Below are positions 12,310 to 23,417 of a stretch of DNA of 64,000 bases, piece after piece. Positions within the stretch are counted from its first letter, which is position 1, and every line of letters starts with the position of its first letter. Position numbers and translations under genes: made by a program. The stretch comes from Felis catus (Eukaryota): the NCBI RefSeq assembly GCF_018350175.1, contig NC_058368.1, forward strand, positions 187,118,001-187,182,000. The letters run 5' to 3'. The notes beneath the pieces are model-generated. The model made no database searches, was not told where the DNA came from, and saw only the letters and a program-made list of their open reading frames with translations.

Positions 12310-12505
12310 GATATTTTCATTTCTTTATTTTTACTTTTATTAATATCTTCAATTTATGGCACATTGTTTTATATTTAATTGGTGATAAAAAGGTTATTTA
12401 ATGTTAATGTTCAATTTAAAGAAAAGGTTAAGAAAACAATACAGTTGATGTGTGGATATGGCAAAAATCAGTGATGCACAAGTGAATGCATTCAGAGAAA
12501 TGCCA
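12310..12505 (+). mobile_element. hAT-Charlie fragment (Charlie4z-like, tentative)
   Basis: GGATATGGCAAAAATC motif near the right end. Confidence 0.4.
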
Positions 12506-12697
12506 GCACAGTAGAGAGAATCTAGTATGCCTCATCAACATCTTAATTCTATTTTGTGGCATTTATTGACTATACTAGTTTTCCTAGCCTCAGTTTTCTC
12601 ATCTGTCCAATGAGAATGATGGTACTAACAAAATAGAAATGGTGTAAGAATTTATTTTTGGGTGGGCTCACCCAAATTTTTGGGTGGGCTCAGCCAA

Positions 12698-12896
12698 CTG
12701 GGTGGCTCAGTTGGTTGAGCATCTGACTTCAGCTCAGGTCACAATCTCGTGGTTTGTGGGTTCGAGCCCCGTACTGGGCTCTGTGCTGACAGCTCAGAGC
12801 CTGGAGCCTGCTTCAGGTTCTGTCTTCCTCTCTTTCTGCCCCTCCCCTACTCATGCTCACGTGCTCTCTCTCTCTCAAAAATCAACATTAAGAAAA
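12698..12896 (+). mobile_element. Carnivore SINE inserted in a MIR, with an anomalous 5' junction (12656-12697)
   Basis: SINE body from CTGGGTGGCTCAGTTGG; TSD AAGAATTTAT at 12646-12655 and 12897-12906; MIR sequence on both sides. Confidence 0.92.
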
Positions 12897-14460
12897 AAGA
12901 ATTTATGTATGGGAAATACTGGCTATAATCCTAAGAATATAGTAGGTAGTTGCTATAATTTTATTTTCTCAAGCTTTACCTGAAAGCCAGTCAGCTGTGT
13001 AGCCTCCAGGATACCATGTCCTTTGGGGCTTCCGAGACCTCATCTGTAAGCCAACAAAAAGGAGACTTGATCTCAAAAGCCCCTTCTAGCTCTTAACTAA
13101 TATGTATATACATGGATATTTTGTGTGTGTATATAAACATATAAAATTGGTATTCCCTGCCTTTACGCAAACATGAAATAGGCATAAGTAGCTATATTAC
13201 CCAGATAAAGACCTTGAGTGCTTGGGAATAATATTTAAAGTGAATGAGCTGTGTTGGAAAAATAAAAATCAAGTCATGAGGAATGTGTGAGCTGATGTAC
13301 ATTTCAGAGCTCAAAGGTAATTTCATTGTATTTTATTATCATCTGTCAAACTTAAAGCAATAGTGAGACTAGAAAATAGATTGTCACAGAGGTTTCTAAG
13401 GACAGTGGTTTCCATGACTTGGTGTAAATATATTCAGAGAGACTTGTTCCTACTTAATAACTCACGTTTTTCCTCCTGAATTGCTGATGTGTTCACTTAC
13501 AGCATTTGAAAGGCAGCTTGTCCTTTGCTGTCAAGTGAACTTGATAGAATAATAGAAAATTCTGAAAAATTCAATCAGATCTTGTTGCTCCTCAAGGGAA
13601 TTGCTTTACTGCATATTCTGTTTAAGGAGAAAGAGTCAACAGTGTTTCTTTGGTCTTGTACAAAACGCTGACCAAGTTTAACAGCACAGGTTCTAGTTAG
13701 CAAGTGCCACATGGAGTTTTCCCTTTTCAGCATTCCAGAGGATGGTGCTGATGGAGTTTGGGGGTCCTTTGGCAGGTGAAAGAAATACTTAAGGATATAC
13801 TACAACACTGAAATGTTATGAAATCAGAGGCAGTAATCATCAGCTTGTTTATTGCTTAGAGCATTCTCATCAATCAGAAGACCTAAAAACAAAACAAAAG
13901 AGTGGTGCACATAGTTTCTCTCAATCGGACTGTACAATAGCTTGCACTGTCTTTTATGTAACTGGCTATTAAAGAGTCCAGGAAGATAGATACTCTCTAA
14001 TATTGGCGATTCTGATGATACACCCCAGTGGGACTATTTGACTCAATTCAGCTGTCACTTAATTGAAAATTACTATGTAAGTTGCAGGGAATGTGCTTGA
14101 AGTCAGAGGGACAAAGAAAGGTTCAAGTTACTATCTCCCTATCTCTTTAAGCTCTGGTCTCCACATCTATTAACTGAGAATAAAATGTTCCTACTTCAGA
14201 AGACTGTACTGAGAATTAATGTTGGAAATAATCATAAGGGCTAATAGTCACTGAGCACTTATGACCTGCCAGGTGTCATTCCCAGAACTTGGATCATTTA
14301 GGTCTCCATAAATCTGAGCCTATGTACTGTTATTAGTTCCAAGTTATGGATGTGGGAATGGACCCCAGAGAGAACTTAACTCACCAGACATTATGTAGTC
14401 TGGCTCCACTTGCCTCTTTAAGGCTTTAAAAACACTTGATATTGTTCCTAGCATTTCCAA

Positions 14461-14746
14461 TGAGTTGAGCCATGTGAAATTACAGACGCTTGACCATTTT
14501 TTCCCTATAAACCTAGCAATTTCAGGGGCACCTAAGTAGCTTAGTCAGTTAAATGTATGACTCTTGATTTTGGCTCACGTCATGATCTCACAGTGTGTGA
14601 GATTGAGCCCCACATCGGGCTCTGTACTGATGGTGCAGAGTCATGCTTGGGATTCTCTCTCTGCCCCTACCCACTTACTTTCTCTCAAAATATATAAATA
14701 AACCAAAAGCGTTTTTAAATAGCAACTTCATGTGGTTCTACCTTAT
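14461..14746. mobile_element. MADE2-like mariner MITE split by a SINE
   Basis: GTTGAGCCATGTGAAATT...GCAATTTCA[SINE]TGTGGTTCTACCT reconstitutes an ~80-bp element with inverted termini. Confidence 0.7.
14525..14719 (+). mobile_element. Carnivore SINE
   Basis: GGGGCACCTAAGTAGCTTAGTCAG head; TSD TAGCAA(T/C)TTCA at 14514-14524 and 14720-14730. Confidence 0.9.
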
Positions 14747-15305
14747 AAACATTGAATATGGATTTATAGTAGCTGCAGCTATTACTGCTAATAATGGTAG
14801 AAATGATACTGATTTTATCTTTGAAACTCATTAATATAAGGAATGCAGGTGGCACGATACTGTAAAGACCACTGGCTTGGTAGTCAGGAACTGGGTAAAA
14901 ATCTAGGTCTCAGTTTACCCATTATTTCTAAAATAATGGTGTTGATCTTCTCTAGCTCTATTATCAATGACAGAGCTTTTAAAATTACATGTTAAAAAAA
15001 AGGATCTTTTTTTGGTTTAATTAATTTCCAATAACTAGTTGTACCATGAACGATTAGTATATAGTTTATGTCATAGCAAGGCAAGTTTACTACACATGTT
15101 TAGATAATATAGTAGAGTCAAATCATACCCATTTCTAAACACATATTAATTTCTGTATTTAACTTCTAAATCATTAATAAACAGTTCATACATTGGCACT
15201 GGTTCATGAACTATGCTTTGAGTAACATTAGAACTCTGATAAATAAATACATTCCTAAAAGAAAGTGTGTGTGTGTCCCCTTCCCTTTAAAAATATATAT
15301 TCTTT

Positions 15306-15534
15306 GGGGGCGCCTGGGTGGCGCAGTCGGTTAAGCGTCCGACTTCAGCCAGGTCACGATCTCGCGGTCCGTGAGTTCGAGCCCCGCCTCGGGCTCTGGG
15401 CTGATGGCTCGGAGCCTGGAGCCTGTTTCCGATTCTGTGTCTCCCTCTCTCTCTGCCCCTCCCCCGTTCATGCTCTCTCTCTGTCCCAAAAATAAATAAA
15501 AAACGTTGAAAAAAAATTTTTAAAAAATAAAAAA
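15306..15534 (+). mobile_element. Very young feline SINE (SINEC_Fc-type)
   Basis: Intact CpGs, A-box TGGCGCAGTCGG, B-box GAGTTCGAGCC; perfect 18-bp TSD TAAAAATATATATTCTTT at 15288-15305 and 15535-15552. Confidence 0.97.
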
Positions 15535-15959
15535 TAAAAATATATATTCTTTGGAGATTACAAATGAATATTTTAAAACATTAGGAATTTTTAAAAGAAA
15601 GACCACAGAAGTGTGATACAAATTTTACTCAGGGAATTTGGGTAAGATAGAGAAAAGAAACCCATGTGTTCCTTGGTCTATTAGTATATTTATATTTAAT
15701 TTTTTTTGTTTAAAAATAGTTAACCTCCTTGCATGTTGTCATGTTTGAAGCACTAGGAAATTAGAGCTAAAGGAGATGTGTCCCTACCCTCCAGATGCTC
15801 ACAGTCTAGCCAGAGATGCCAGCAAATTAGCACATAATTGTAGGATAGTAGATAATGCTCTAAAGGAAGACAAAGGAAAAAGTATTTAATTTGGCTCGGG
15901 CATCAGAAGGGGCTTCACCCCTAAGGTATAATTTTCTGTATTTTGTTGTTGAGAATATT

Positions 15960-16222
15960 TTTTCTTTGCTAAATTTTTTTATTTATAACTCACACACAAG
16001 AACAGTAGACTAATCTTGAGTATAGATTGATGAATTATAACAAAATGAACACATGAGTGTATATAGTTATATATAGTTCAAGAAACCACCACATGATTAA
16101 AATTTTTTTTTGAATTTTTTTAGCTTTCCAATAGGTCCTGATGTGCTCCTTCTCAATCATTCCTATCTTCCTCTTCACAAATGTAACCACCATTCTGATT
16201 TCTAATACCAAGGATTAAATCT
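15960..16222 (-). mobile_element. Old L1M 3'-end fragment
   Basis: GATGAATTATAACAAAATGAACACA...GTAACCACCATTCTGATTTCTAATACC resembles an L1MC/ME 3' UTR in reverse. Confidence 0.5.
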
Positions 16223-16225
16223 GTT

Positions 16226-17715
16226 ATTCAATTCTACTTATAATTACATCAAAAAGAAAATATCTAGGAATAAATTTAAACAAGGAAGTAAAAGACCTCT
16301 ATAATGGAATTTATAAGACATTAATGAAAGAAATTAAAGATGACACAAATGGATATTCCATGCTCATGGATTGTAAGAATCAATATTGTTGAAATTTCTG
16401 TACTACTCAAACCAATCTACATATTCAGTGCAATCCCTATCAACATCTCAGTGTCCTTTTTCACAATAATAGAACAAATAATCCTAGAATTGTCTGGAAC
16501 CACAAGAGATCCGAATAACCAAAGCAGTCTTGAGAAACAAAAACAAAGCTAGAGGATCATGCTTCCTGATTTCAAACTGTATTAAAAAGCTAGAGTAATT
16601 AAAATGTATTGTCCTAAAACACATAGATCAGTGGGACACATTAGAGAGGCTAGAAATAAACCCATGCATATATAGTCAATTTATGAAAAAGACAAGCATA
16701 CAATGAGGACAGGACAATCTCTTCAGTAAATGATGTTGGGAAAACTGGACAGCTGCATGGAAGAAAACATAGGCACATAAGTTCCTTGACATAGGTCTTG
16801 GAAATATATTTTTTTAAGCTGACACCAAAAGCAAAAGCAATACAATAAAAAATAAACAAGGGGGGCTACATCAAACTAAAAAGCTTCTGCACAACAAAGG
16901 AAATCATTAACAAAATGAAAAGACAACCTGCTGAATGGGAGAAAATATTTGCAAATTATATATCTCATAAGGGACTAATATTTATATAACAAGCTCATAC
17001 AACTCAATAGCAAAAAAAAAATTCTGATTTAAAAATGTGCAGAAGGTCTGAATAGACATTTTTCCAAAGAAGAGACATACAGATGAACAACAGTACATGA
17101 AAAGATACTCCACATCCTTAATCATCAGGAAAATGCAAATCACAGCCAGGGTGAGATAATACTTCACACCTGTTAGAGTGGCTTTTATCAAAAATACAAA
17201 TTACAAGTTTTGACAAGGATATGGAGAAAAGGGAACCCCCATGCAATTGATAGAAAAGTAAATGGAAAACAGTATGGAGGGTCCTCAAAATATTAAAAAA
17301 AAAAAAAAAAAGAACTACCACATGATCTAGCAATTCCACTTCTGAGTTTTTATCCAAAGAAATAAAATGCTACCTTGACTTTTCAAGTACCTCTATGGTT
17401 CTTGCAACATAATTTACAATAGAGAAAATAAGGGAAAAAATGTAAGCATCCATTGATGGATGAATAGGTAAAGAAATTGTGTATATATACAATGAGATAT
17501 TATTTAGCCATTAAAACATGAAATCTTGCCATTAACAACATGGGTAGACCTTGTAGGCATTACGCTAAGTGAAATAAGTCAGAGAAAGAATTGCCATATG
17601 ATCTCTCTTATATGTAAAATTTAAACAAAACAAAAATAATCTCCTAGATACAGATAACAGACTGATGGTTAGGGAGCAGGGGTGAGGGGGGACATAGTGA
17701 AAAATAAAAATAAAA
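16226..17715 (+). mobile_element. 5'-truncated LINE-1 (ORF2 C-terminal half plus 3' end), decayed
   Basis: Translates to [15 protein letters not shown] and [13 protein letters not shown] (L1 ORF2 motifs); stops/frameshifts; internal deletion near 16760; A-rich end. Confidence 0.92.
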
Positions 17716-18559
17716 GTTGTATATTAAAGTAGAAATCCAAATAATATTTGTAATATGGTAAATTAAAACTGTGTTTATGAGCTATTCATGGGGAAAGGCT
17801 AGAAAACTACCCATGTATTAATAGTTTTTCCTGGGTTGTAAAACATCGATGCTATTATTCTACTTTGAAGTATTTTCCATAACTGCTATAATGAGCATGT
17901 ATTACCCTCATAATGGGGAAAAACCAACAACTAGTAAAGTTTATTTTAAAAGACTAGGCCTGGGTTGGGCTGTCAGAGACCTGCAATGATCTTTGGGGCT
18001 ACCCTCTCTGAAAGGACAGTCCATCATTTTTCAGTCTCCATAATGACATTTACTGAGTATTGTCTTTGGGCAGAGGTTTAGATGAGGGGCAGTGGTTCTG
18101 ATGGGGTGCTAGAAGGATGCAAAGACAACCTCATAAACATGGAAGGCAAAGAGACAATGCAGAACAAATATTGTAGACATGGGGTCAAAGCCCGTATCTG
18201 CTATTTACCCCCTAATGTGAACTAGGACAATCCTTTGTCTCTTGACTTACAACTCTTCCTTGTTAGAATGAGGAATGTGGACTACATGATCACTGAGGAT
18301 TCTTCCAGTTCTAAAACTATGCTGAGATCCGTTTTTTTTCCCCAAGTTTAGAAAGGGAGACCTAACCATAGGATATAGATAGCAAAATTAGGGGCCTGGA
18401 TGCTGGGTTTTTGAGTCAATAATGTTGCTAACATCTTGTTCTTAGTTTTTTCTCCTTAGAGTTGGAAAAAAAAAATACATGCCTGTATCTTCGCAATAAT
18501 CATATGCAAATGGAATCACATAGATTCCCTTGTGTCTGTTTTTGTTCAAAGTGATTCCA

Positions 18560-19345
18560 AAAATCATGGCTCCTTAACTGTGTGCCAAAGTATCACACAG
18601 CACTGCAGGATATTTTTAAATTTTAGAGAAATAGTAATATTCAACATCTGTCAGAAACTGGACAGATAGCTTATGGTAGTTCACAGTTTCAACATTAGAT
18701 TGCACCATGTTTCTTTTTGTGGGTCATAGTTTTTTGCAGAATTTAAGGGCAGTTGTGATGAAAGGTAAATACATGCAAAAAATCAATGTGGGACAAAAAA
18801 TGAGGGTGGCAGTATCCAATCTGACTCTAAAATTTCAGAAACTGTGCAAAGCCTAGAAGGCACGCACATCCCATTAGTAGGTTATTGTGGTTATTTAAGA
18901 ATGAAATAAAAACATTAGTTTTTTTTCCTTCCAATTGTTGTGTACTTTTTATTTTTTTATTTTTTTATTTTTTTTTTTTTTTAAATTTTTTTTCAACGTT
19001 TATTTATTTTTGGGACAGAGAGAGACAGAGCATGAACGGGGGAGGGGCAGAGAGAGAGGGAGACACAGAATTGGAAACAGGCTCCAGGCTCTGAGCCATC
19101 AGCCCAGAGCCCGACGTGGGGCTCGAACTCACGGACCGCGAGATCGTGACCTGGCTGAAGTCGGACGCTTAACCGACTGCGCCACCCAGGCGCCCCCGTT
19201 GTGTACTTTTTAAACATAGCCTCTAAGTTGTTATGATATGAATATTTATTAAGTTGCTGGGAGCTAACTACTTAATAATCAGAACTGTTAGGTATTTGTT
19301 TTGGTATAACAATACTATGAAAAATTCCTGAGACACTAAGGAACT
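18560..19345 (+). mobile_element. hAT Charlie/Buster-family transposon remnant, split by a SINE
   Basis: 18782-18877 translates to INVGQKMRVAVSNLTLKFQKLCKA*KARTSH*, resembling the Buster/Charlie transposase C-terminus. Confidence 0.7.
18952..19197 (-). mobile_element. Very young feline SINE (SINEC_Fc-type)
   Basis: Near-identical reverse complement of the 15306 copy; perfect TSD GTTGTGTACTTTTTA at 18937-18951 and 19198-19212. Confidence 0.97.
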
Positions 19346-19377
19346 TGAAAAAATTGCTGTATGAAATCCATTTCTAT

Positions 19378-21698
19378 TATTGGTTTCCCAGTATATATAA
19401 AAGTAATGTATACTTTACATAGTCTATATAGTGTGCAATAGCATTAAGTCTAAAAAAAAATAAATCCCTAAATTTAAAAATATTTGATTGCTAAAAAGTG
19501 CAAACCATCATCTGAGCTTTCAGCAGCTAGTCCATAATCTTTTTGCTGGCGAAGGATCCTGCCTCAGTGTTGATGGTTGCTGTCTGATCAGGGTCTTAGT
19601 TGCTAAAGTTTGTGATGGCTGTGGCATTTTCTTAAAATAAGACAATGAAGTTGGACACATTGATTGACTCTACCTTTCATGAACAATTTCTCTGTAGAAT
19701 GTATTTCTCTTTGATAGCATTTTACTCACAGTAGAACTTTCAAAATTGGAATCAATCTTTTCAAAACCTGCTGCTGTTCTATCATGTAAGTTTATGTAAA
19801 TATTCTAAATTATTTGTTGTCATTTCAACATTCTCCACATTTTCACCATGGATAGATTCCATTTCAAAAGACCGCTTTCTTTGCTCGTTTGTAAGAAGCA
19901 ACCCCTCAGCCATTCATGGTTTATCATGAGATTACAGCAATTCAGTCACATCTTCAGGCTCTACTTCTAGTTCTCTTGTTATTTCCACTACATCTGCAGT
20001 TATTTCCTCCCCTGAAGTCTTGAACCCCTCAAAGTCATCCATGCAGATTGGAATCAACTTCTTCCAAACTCCTGTTCATGTTGATATTTTGATCTCTTCC
20101 CATGTATCATGAATGTTCTTAATGGCACCTAAAATGGTGAATGCTTTCCAGAAGGTTTTCAATTTACCATGACCAGATCCATCAGAGGAATTATATATAA
20201 TAATATAGCTGTCTGGCAGCTACAGACTTTATGAAATGTATTTCTCAAGTACTAAGACCTGAAAGTCAATATTACTACTGATCTGTGGCCTGCAGAATGG
20301 ATGTTGTGTTAGCAGGCATGAAACAAACATTCATCTTTTTGTACATCTCCATCAGAGCTCTTGGGTGACCAGGTACATTTTGAGTAAGCAGTAATATTTT
20401 GAAAGGAATCTTTTTTTTCTGAGCAATAAGTCTCAACGGTAGGCTTAAAATATTAAGTAAACCATGTTGTAAACAGATGAGCTGTCATCCAGGCTTTGTT
20501 GTTCCATTTATAGATGATGGGCAAAGTAGATCTAGCATAATTCTTAAGGGACCTGGGATTTTCAGAATGGTAAGTGAGCATTAGATTCAACTTAGTCACC
20601 AGCTACATTAGTCCCTAAGAAGAGAATCAATCTGTCCTTTGAAACTTAAAGCCATGCATTGACTTCTCTTTTCTAGCTCTGAAGTCCTAAATGGCATCTT
20701 CTTCCAACAGACGGCTGTTTTGTCTACACTGAAAATCTGTTGTTTAATGTAGCCACCTACATTAATCATCTTAGCCAGTTCTACTAGATAGCTTGCTTCA
20801 GCCTCTACATCAGCACTTGCTGCTTCACCTTGACTTTTATGTTATGAAGATAGCTTCTTTCCTTAAACATCATGAACCAACCTCTGCTAGCTTCAGACTT
20901 CTGCAGCTTCCTCACCTCTTGCAACATTCATATATTGAAGAGAGTTAGGGCCTTGCTCTGCATTAGGCTTTGACTTAAGAGAATGTTGTGGCTGGTTTGA
21001 TCTTCTACCCAGACCACTAAAATTTTATCCATAGCAGCAATAAAGCTATTGTGCTTTATTTCTTTAATCATTCATGTGTTCACAGAAGTAACACTTTTAA
21101 TTCTCTCCAAGAACTTTTCCTTTGCAGTCACAACTTGGTTACCTGTTTGGTGCAAGAGGTCTTTTTTAGGCTTATCTCAGTTTACAACATGCCTTCCTTC
21201 CTGAGCTTAATCATTGCTAGCTTTTGATTTAAAGTGAGAAACTTGTGACTTCCTTTCATTTGAACACTTAGAGGCCACTGTGGCCTAATTAATTGGCCTA
21301 ATTTCAATATTGCTGTGTCTCAGGTCCAAGTGAGGCCCAAGGAGAGGGAGAGAGATGGAGGGGCTATTCCTCAGTGGAGCAGTCGGAACACATACATTTT
21401 ATTTATCAAGTTCACTGTTTACATGAGAATGCTCCGTGGAGCCCTAAAGCTATTATAATGGTAACATCAAATATCATTGACCATGGATCACTGCAACAAA
21501 TATAAAAATTATGAAAAAAAACATGAAAAAAAACACAACATGAGCAAATTCTGTTGGAAAAACGGCATCAATAAACTTTGCTCTACCCAGGGTTCTCACA
21601 AACCTTGAATTTATTAAATCAAACAACAAAAAGTATCCCAAAAAGAAGTAGGTAGGGCATGCAATCAAGAGAAGCACAGTAAAACAACATACCCTTGA
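19378..21698 (-). mobile_element. Tigger1 (pogo/TcMar) DNA transposon, near full length
   Basis: Continuous similarity to the recalled Tigger1 consensus over ~2.3 kb; degenerate TIR near 21670-21698; the other terminus (~80 bp) is missing. Confidence 0.92.
19500..21278 (-). pseudogene. Tigger1 transposase pseudogene (CENP-B/pogo-type HTH plus DDE_1)
   Basis: Minus-strand motifs QQIFSVDKTAVCWKKMP and [12 protein letters not shown]; start codon mutated to GTG; frame-disrupting indels. Confidence 0.88.
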
Positions 21699-21759
21699 AT
21701 GTTGTGAAAGCAATCCTCCCACCTAACTGATTAACACATTAATGACCATGTGTGCATGC

Positions 21760-21762
<3 letters not shown>

Positions 21763-21815
<53 letters not shown>

Positions 21816-21823
21816 CACACACA
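21763..21823. repeat. (CA)n microsatellite with one interruption, in the L1 3' UTR
   Basis: Directly visible. Confidence 0.97.
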
Positions 21824-23200
21824 TATTTAGGTGAGGACTTTTAAGTTCTACTCTTGGTAAATTTCATTTATACAATACAACGTTATGTGCGTTGTAGTCA
21901 CCAAGTTATACATTAGAATATCAGATTAATATTTACCCAATAGTTAAAAGTTTATATTCTTCACTAAAACTCTCTTTATGTTCCCCAAATTTTAGACCCT
22001 GGCAACCAACCACTTTTTTACTATCTATGAATTTGACTTTTTTTTTCTTTTTTAGATTTCACATATAAGTGATACCATGCAGTATTGATATTTCTCTGCC
22101 TGGATTATTTCAGTTAGCATAATGCCCTCAAGTTCTGTCCATGTTGCCACAAATAGGAAGATTCCTTTTTTACCATTACTGATGGTAATATTCCATTGTT
22201 TATATACCATATCTTTATTCATCTGTTGATGGATACTTAGGTTGTTTCCGTATCTTGGCAATTGTGAGTAATGCTGAAATGAACATAAGAATACAGATAC
22301 CTCTTTAATAGCCTGTTTTTATTTCCCTTGAATATATACACAGAAGTGGGATTGCTGGATCATCTGGTAGTTCTATTTTTAATTATTTGAGGAACCTCCA
22401 TACTGTTTTCCATAATGGTTGCACCAATTTACTTTTCTACCAACAGTGCGCAAGGTTTCATTTTCTCCACATCCTCACCAATACTTGTTATCTCTCATCT
22501 TTTGATAATGCTCATTTTAATAGGTGTGAGGTGATATCTTACTATGATTTTAATTTGGATTTCTCTGATAATTACTAAAGTTGAACTCCTTTTCATGAAC
22601 CTATTGATCATTTGTATGTCTTCTTTGGATAAATGTTTATTCAGATCCTCTGCATATTTCAAAATCAGATTGTTTGGTTTTTGTTTGCTTTTGTTTTTTG
22701 CTATTGAGTTGCATAAGATCTTTATATGTCTAATGTCTAACCCCTATTGAGATATATGATTTACAAATATTTTCTCCCTTTCCATAGGTGGCTTCTTTTG
22801 CTGTGCAGAGTTTTTTTTAGTTTGATGTAGTTCCATTTGGTTTTTTTTCTTCTGTTTCCTTTGCTTATGTGTCAAATCCAAAAATTATTGCCAAGACCGA
22901 TGTCAAGGAGCTTAACGCCTATATTTTCCTCTAGGAGTTTTATGGTTTCAGGTCTCTGGTTCAAGTCTAATCCATTTTGAGTTAATTTTTACATATGTTG
23001 TAAGACAGAGATTTGCTTCCATTCTTTTCCATGCAGCTGTCCAGTTTTCCTAGAAGCAATTTTTGAAGGTAAATTGTACCTTGTTATAAATTAATTGATC
23101 ATACATGAATAGGTTTGTGCCTGGGCTTTCTATTCGGTTCCATTAATGTACGTGCTTGTTTTTATGTTAATACCATACTGATTTAATTATGAAAGCTTTT

Positions 23201-23417
23201 GGGGAGCCTGGGTGGCTCAGTCGGTTAAGCATTCGACTTCGGCTCAGGTCATGATCTCATGGTCCGTGAGTTCAAGCCCCGCGTCAGGCTCTGTGCTGAC
23301 AGCTCAGAGCCTGGAGCCTGCTTCAGATTCTGTGTCTCCCTCTCTCTCTGACCCTCCCCCGTTCATGCTCTGTTTCACTCTGTCTCAAAAATAAATAAAA
23401 CATTTAAAAAAAATTTT
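23201..23417 (+). mobile_element. Feline SINE nested in L1
   Basis: TSD TTTAATTATGAAAGCTTT at 23182-23199 and 23418-23435. Confidence 0.95.

Noticed and set aside
15306..15390. tRNA gene (A-box and B-box present)
   Set aside because: tRNA-derived SINE head followed by SINE body, tail and TSD
19500..21278. Possible domesticated TIGD1-like transposase gene
   Set aside because: Start codon lost, catalytic-region motif altered (VDET to VDKT), and no ORF of 60 aa or more in the track; it is a decayed Tigger1
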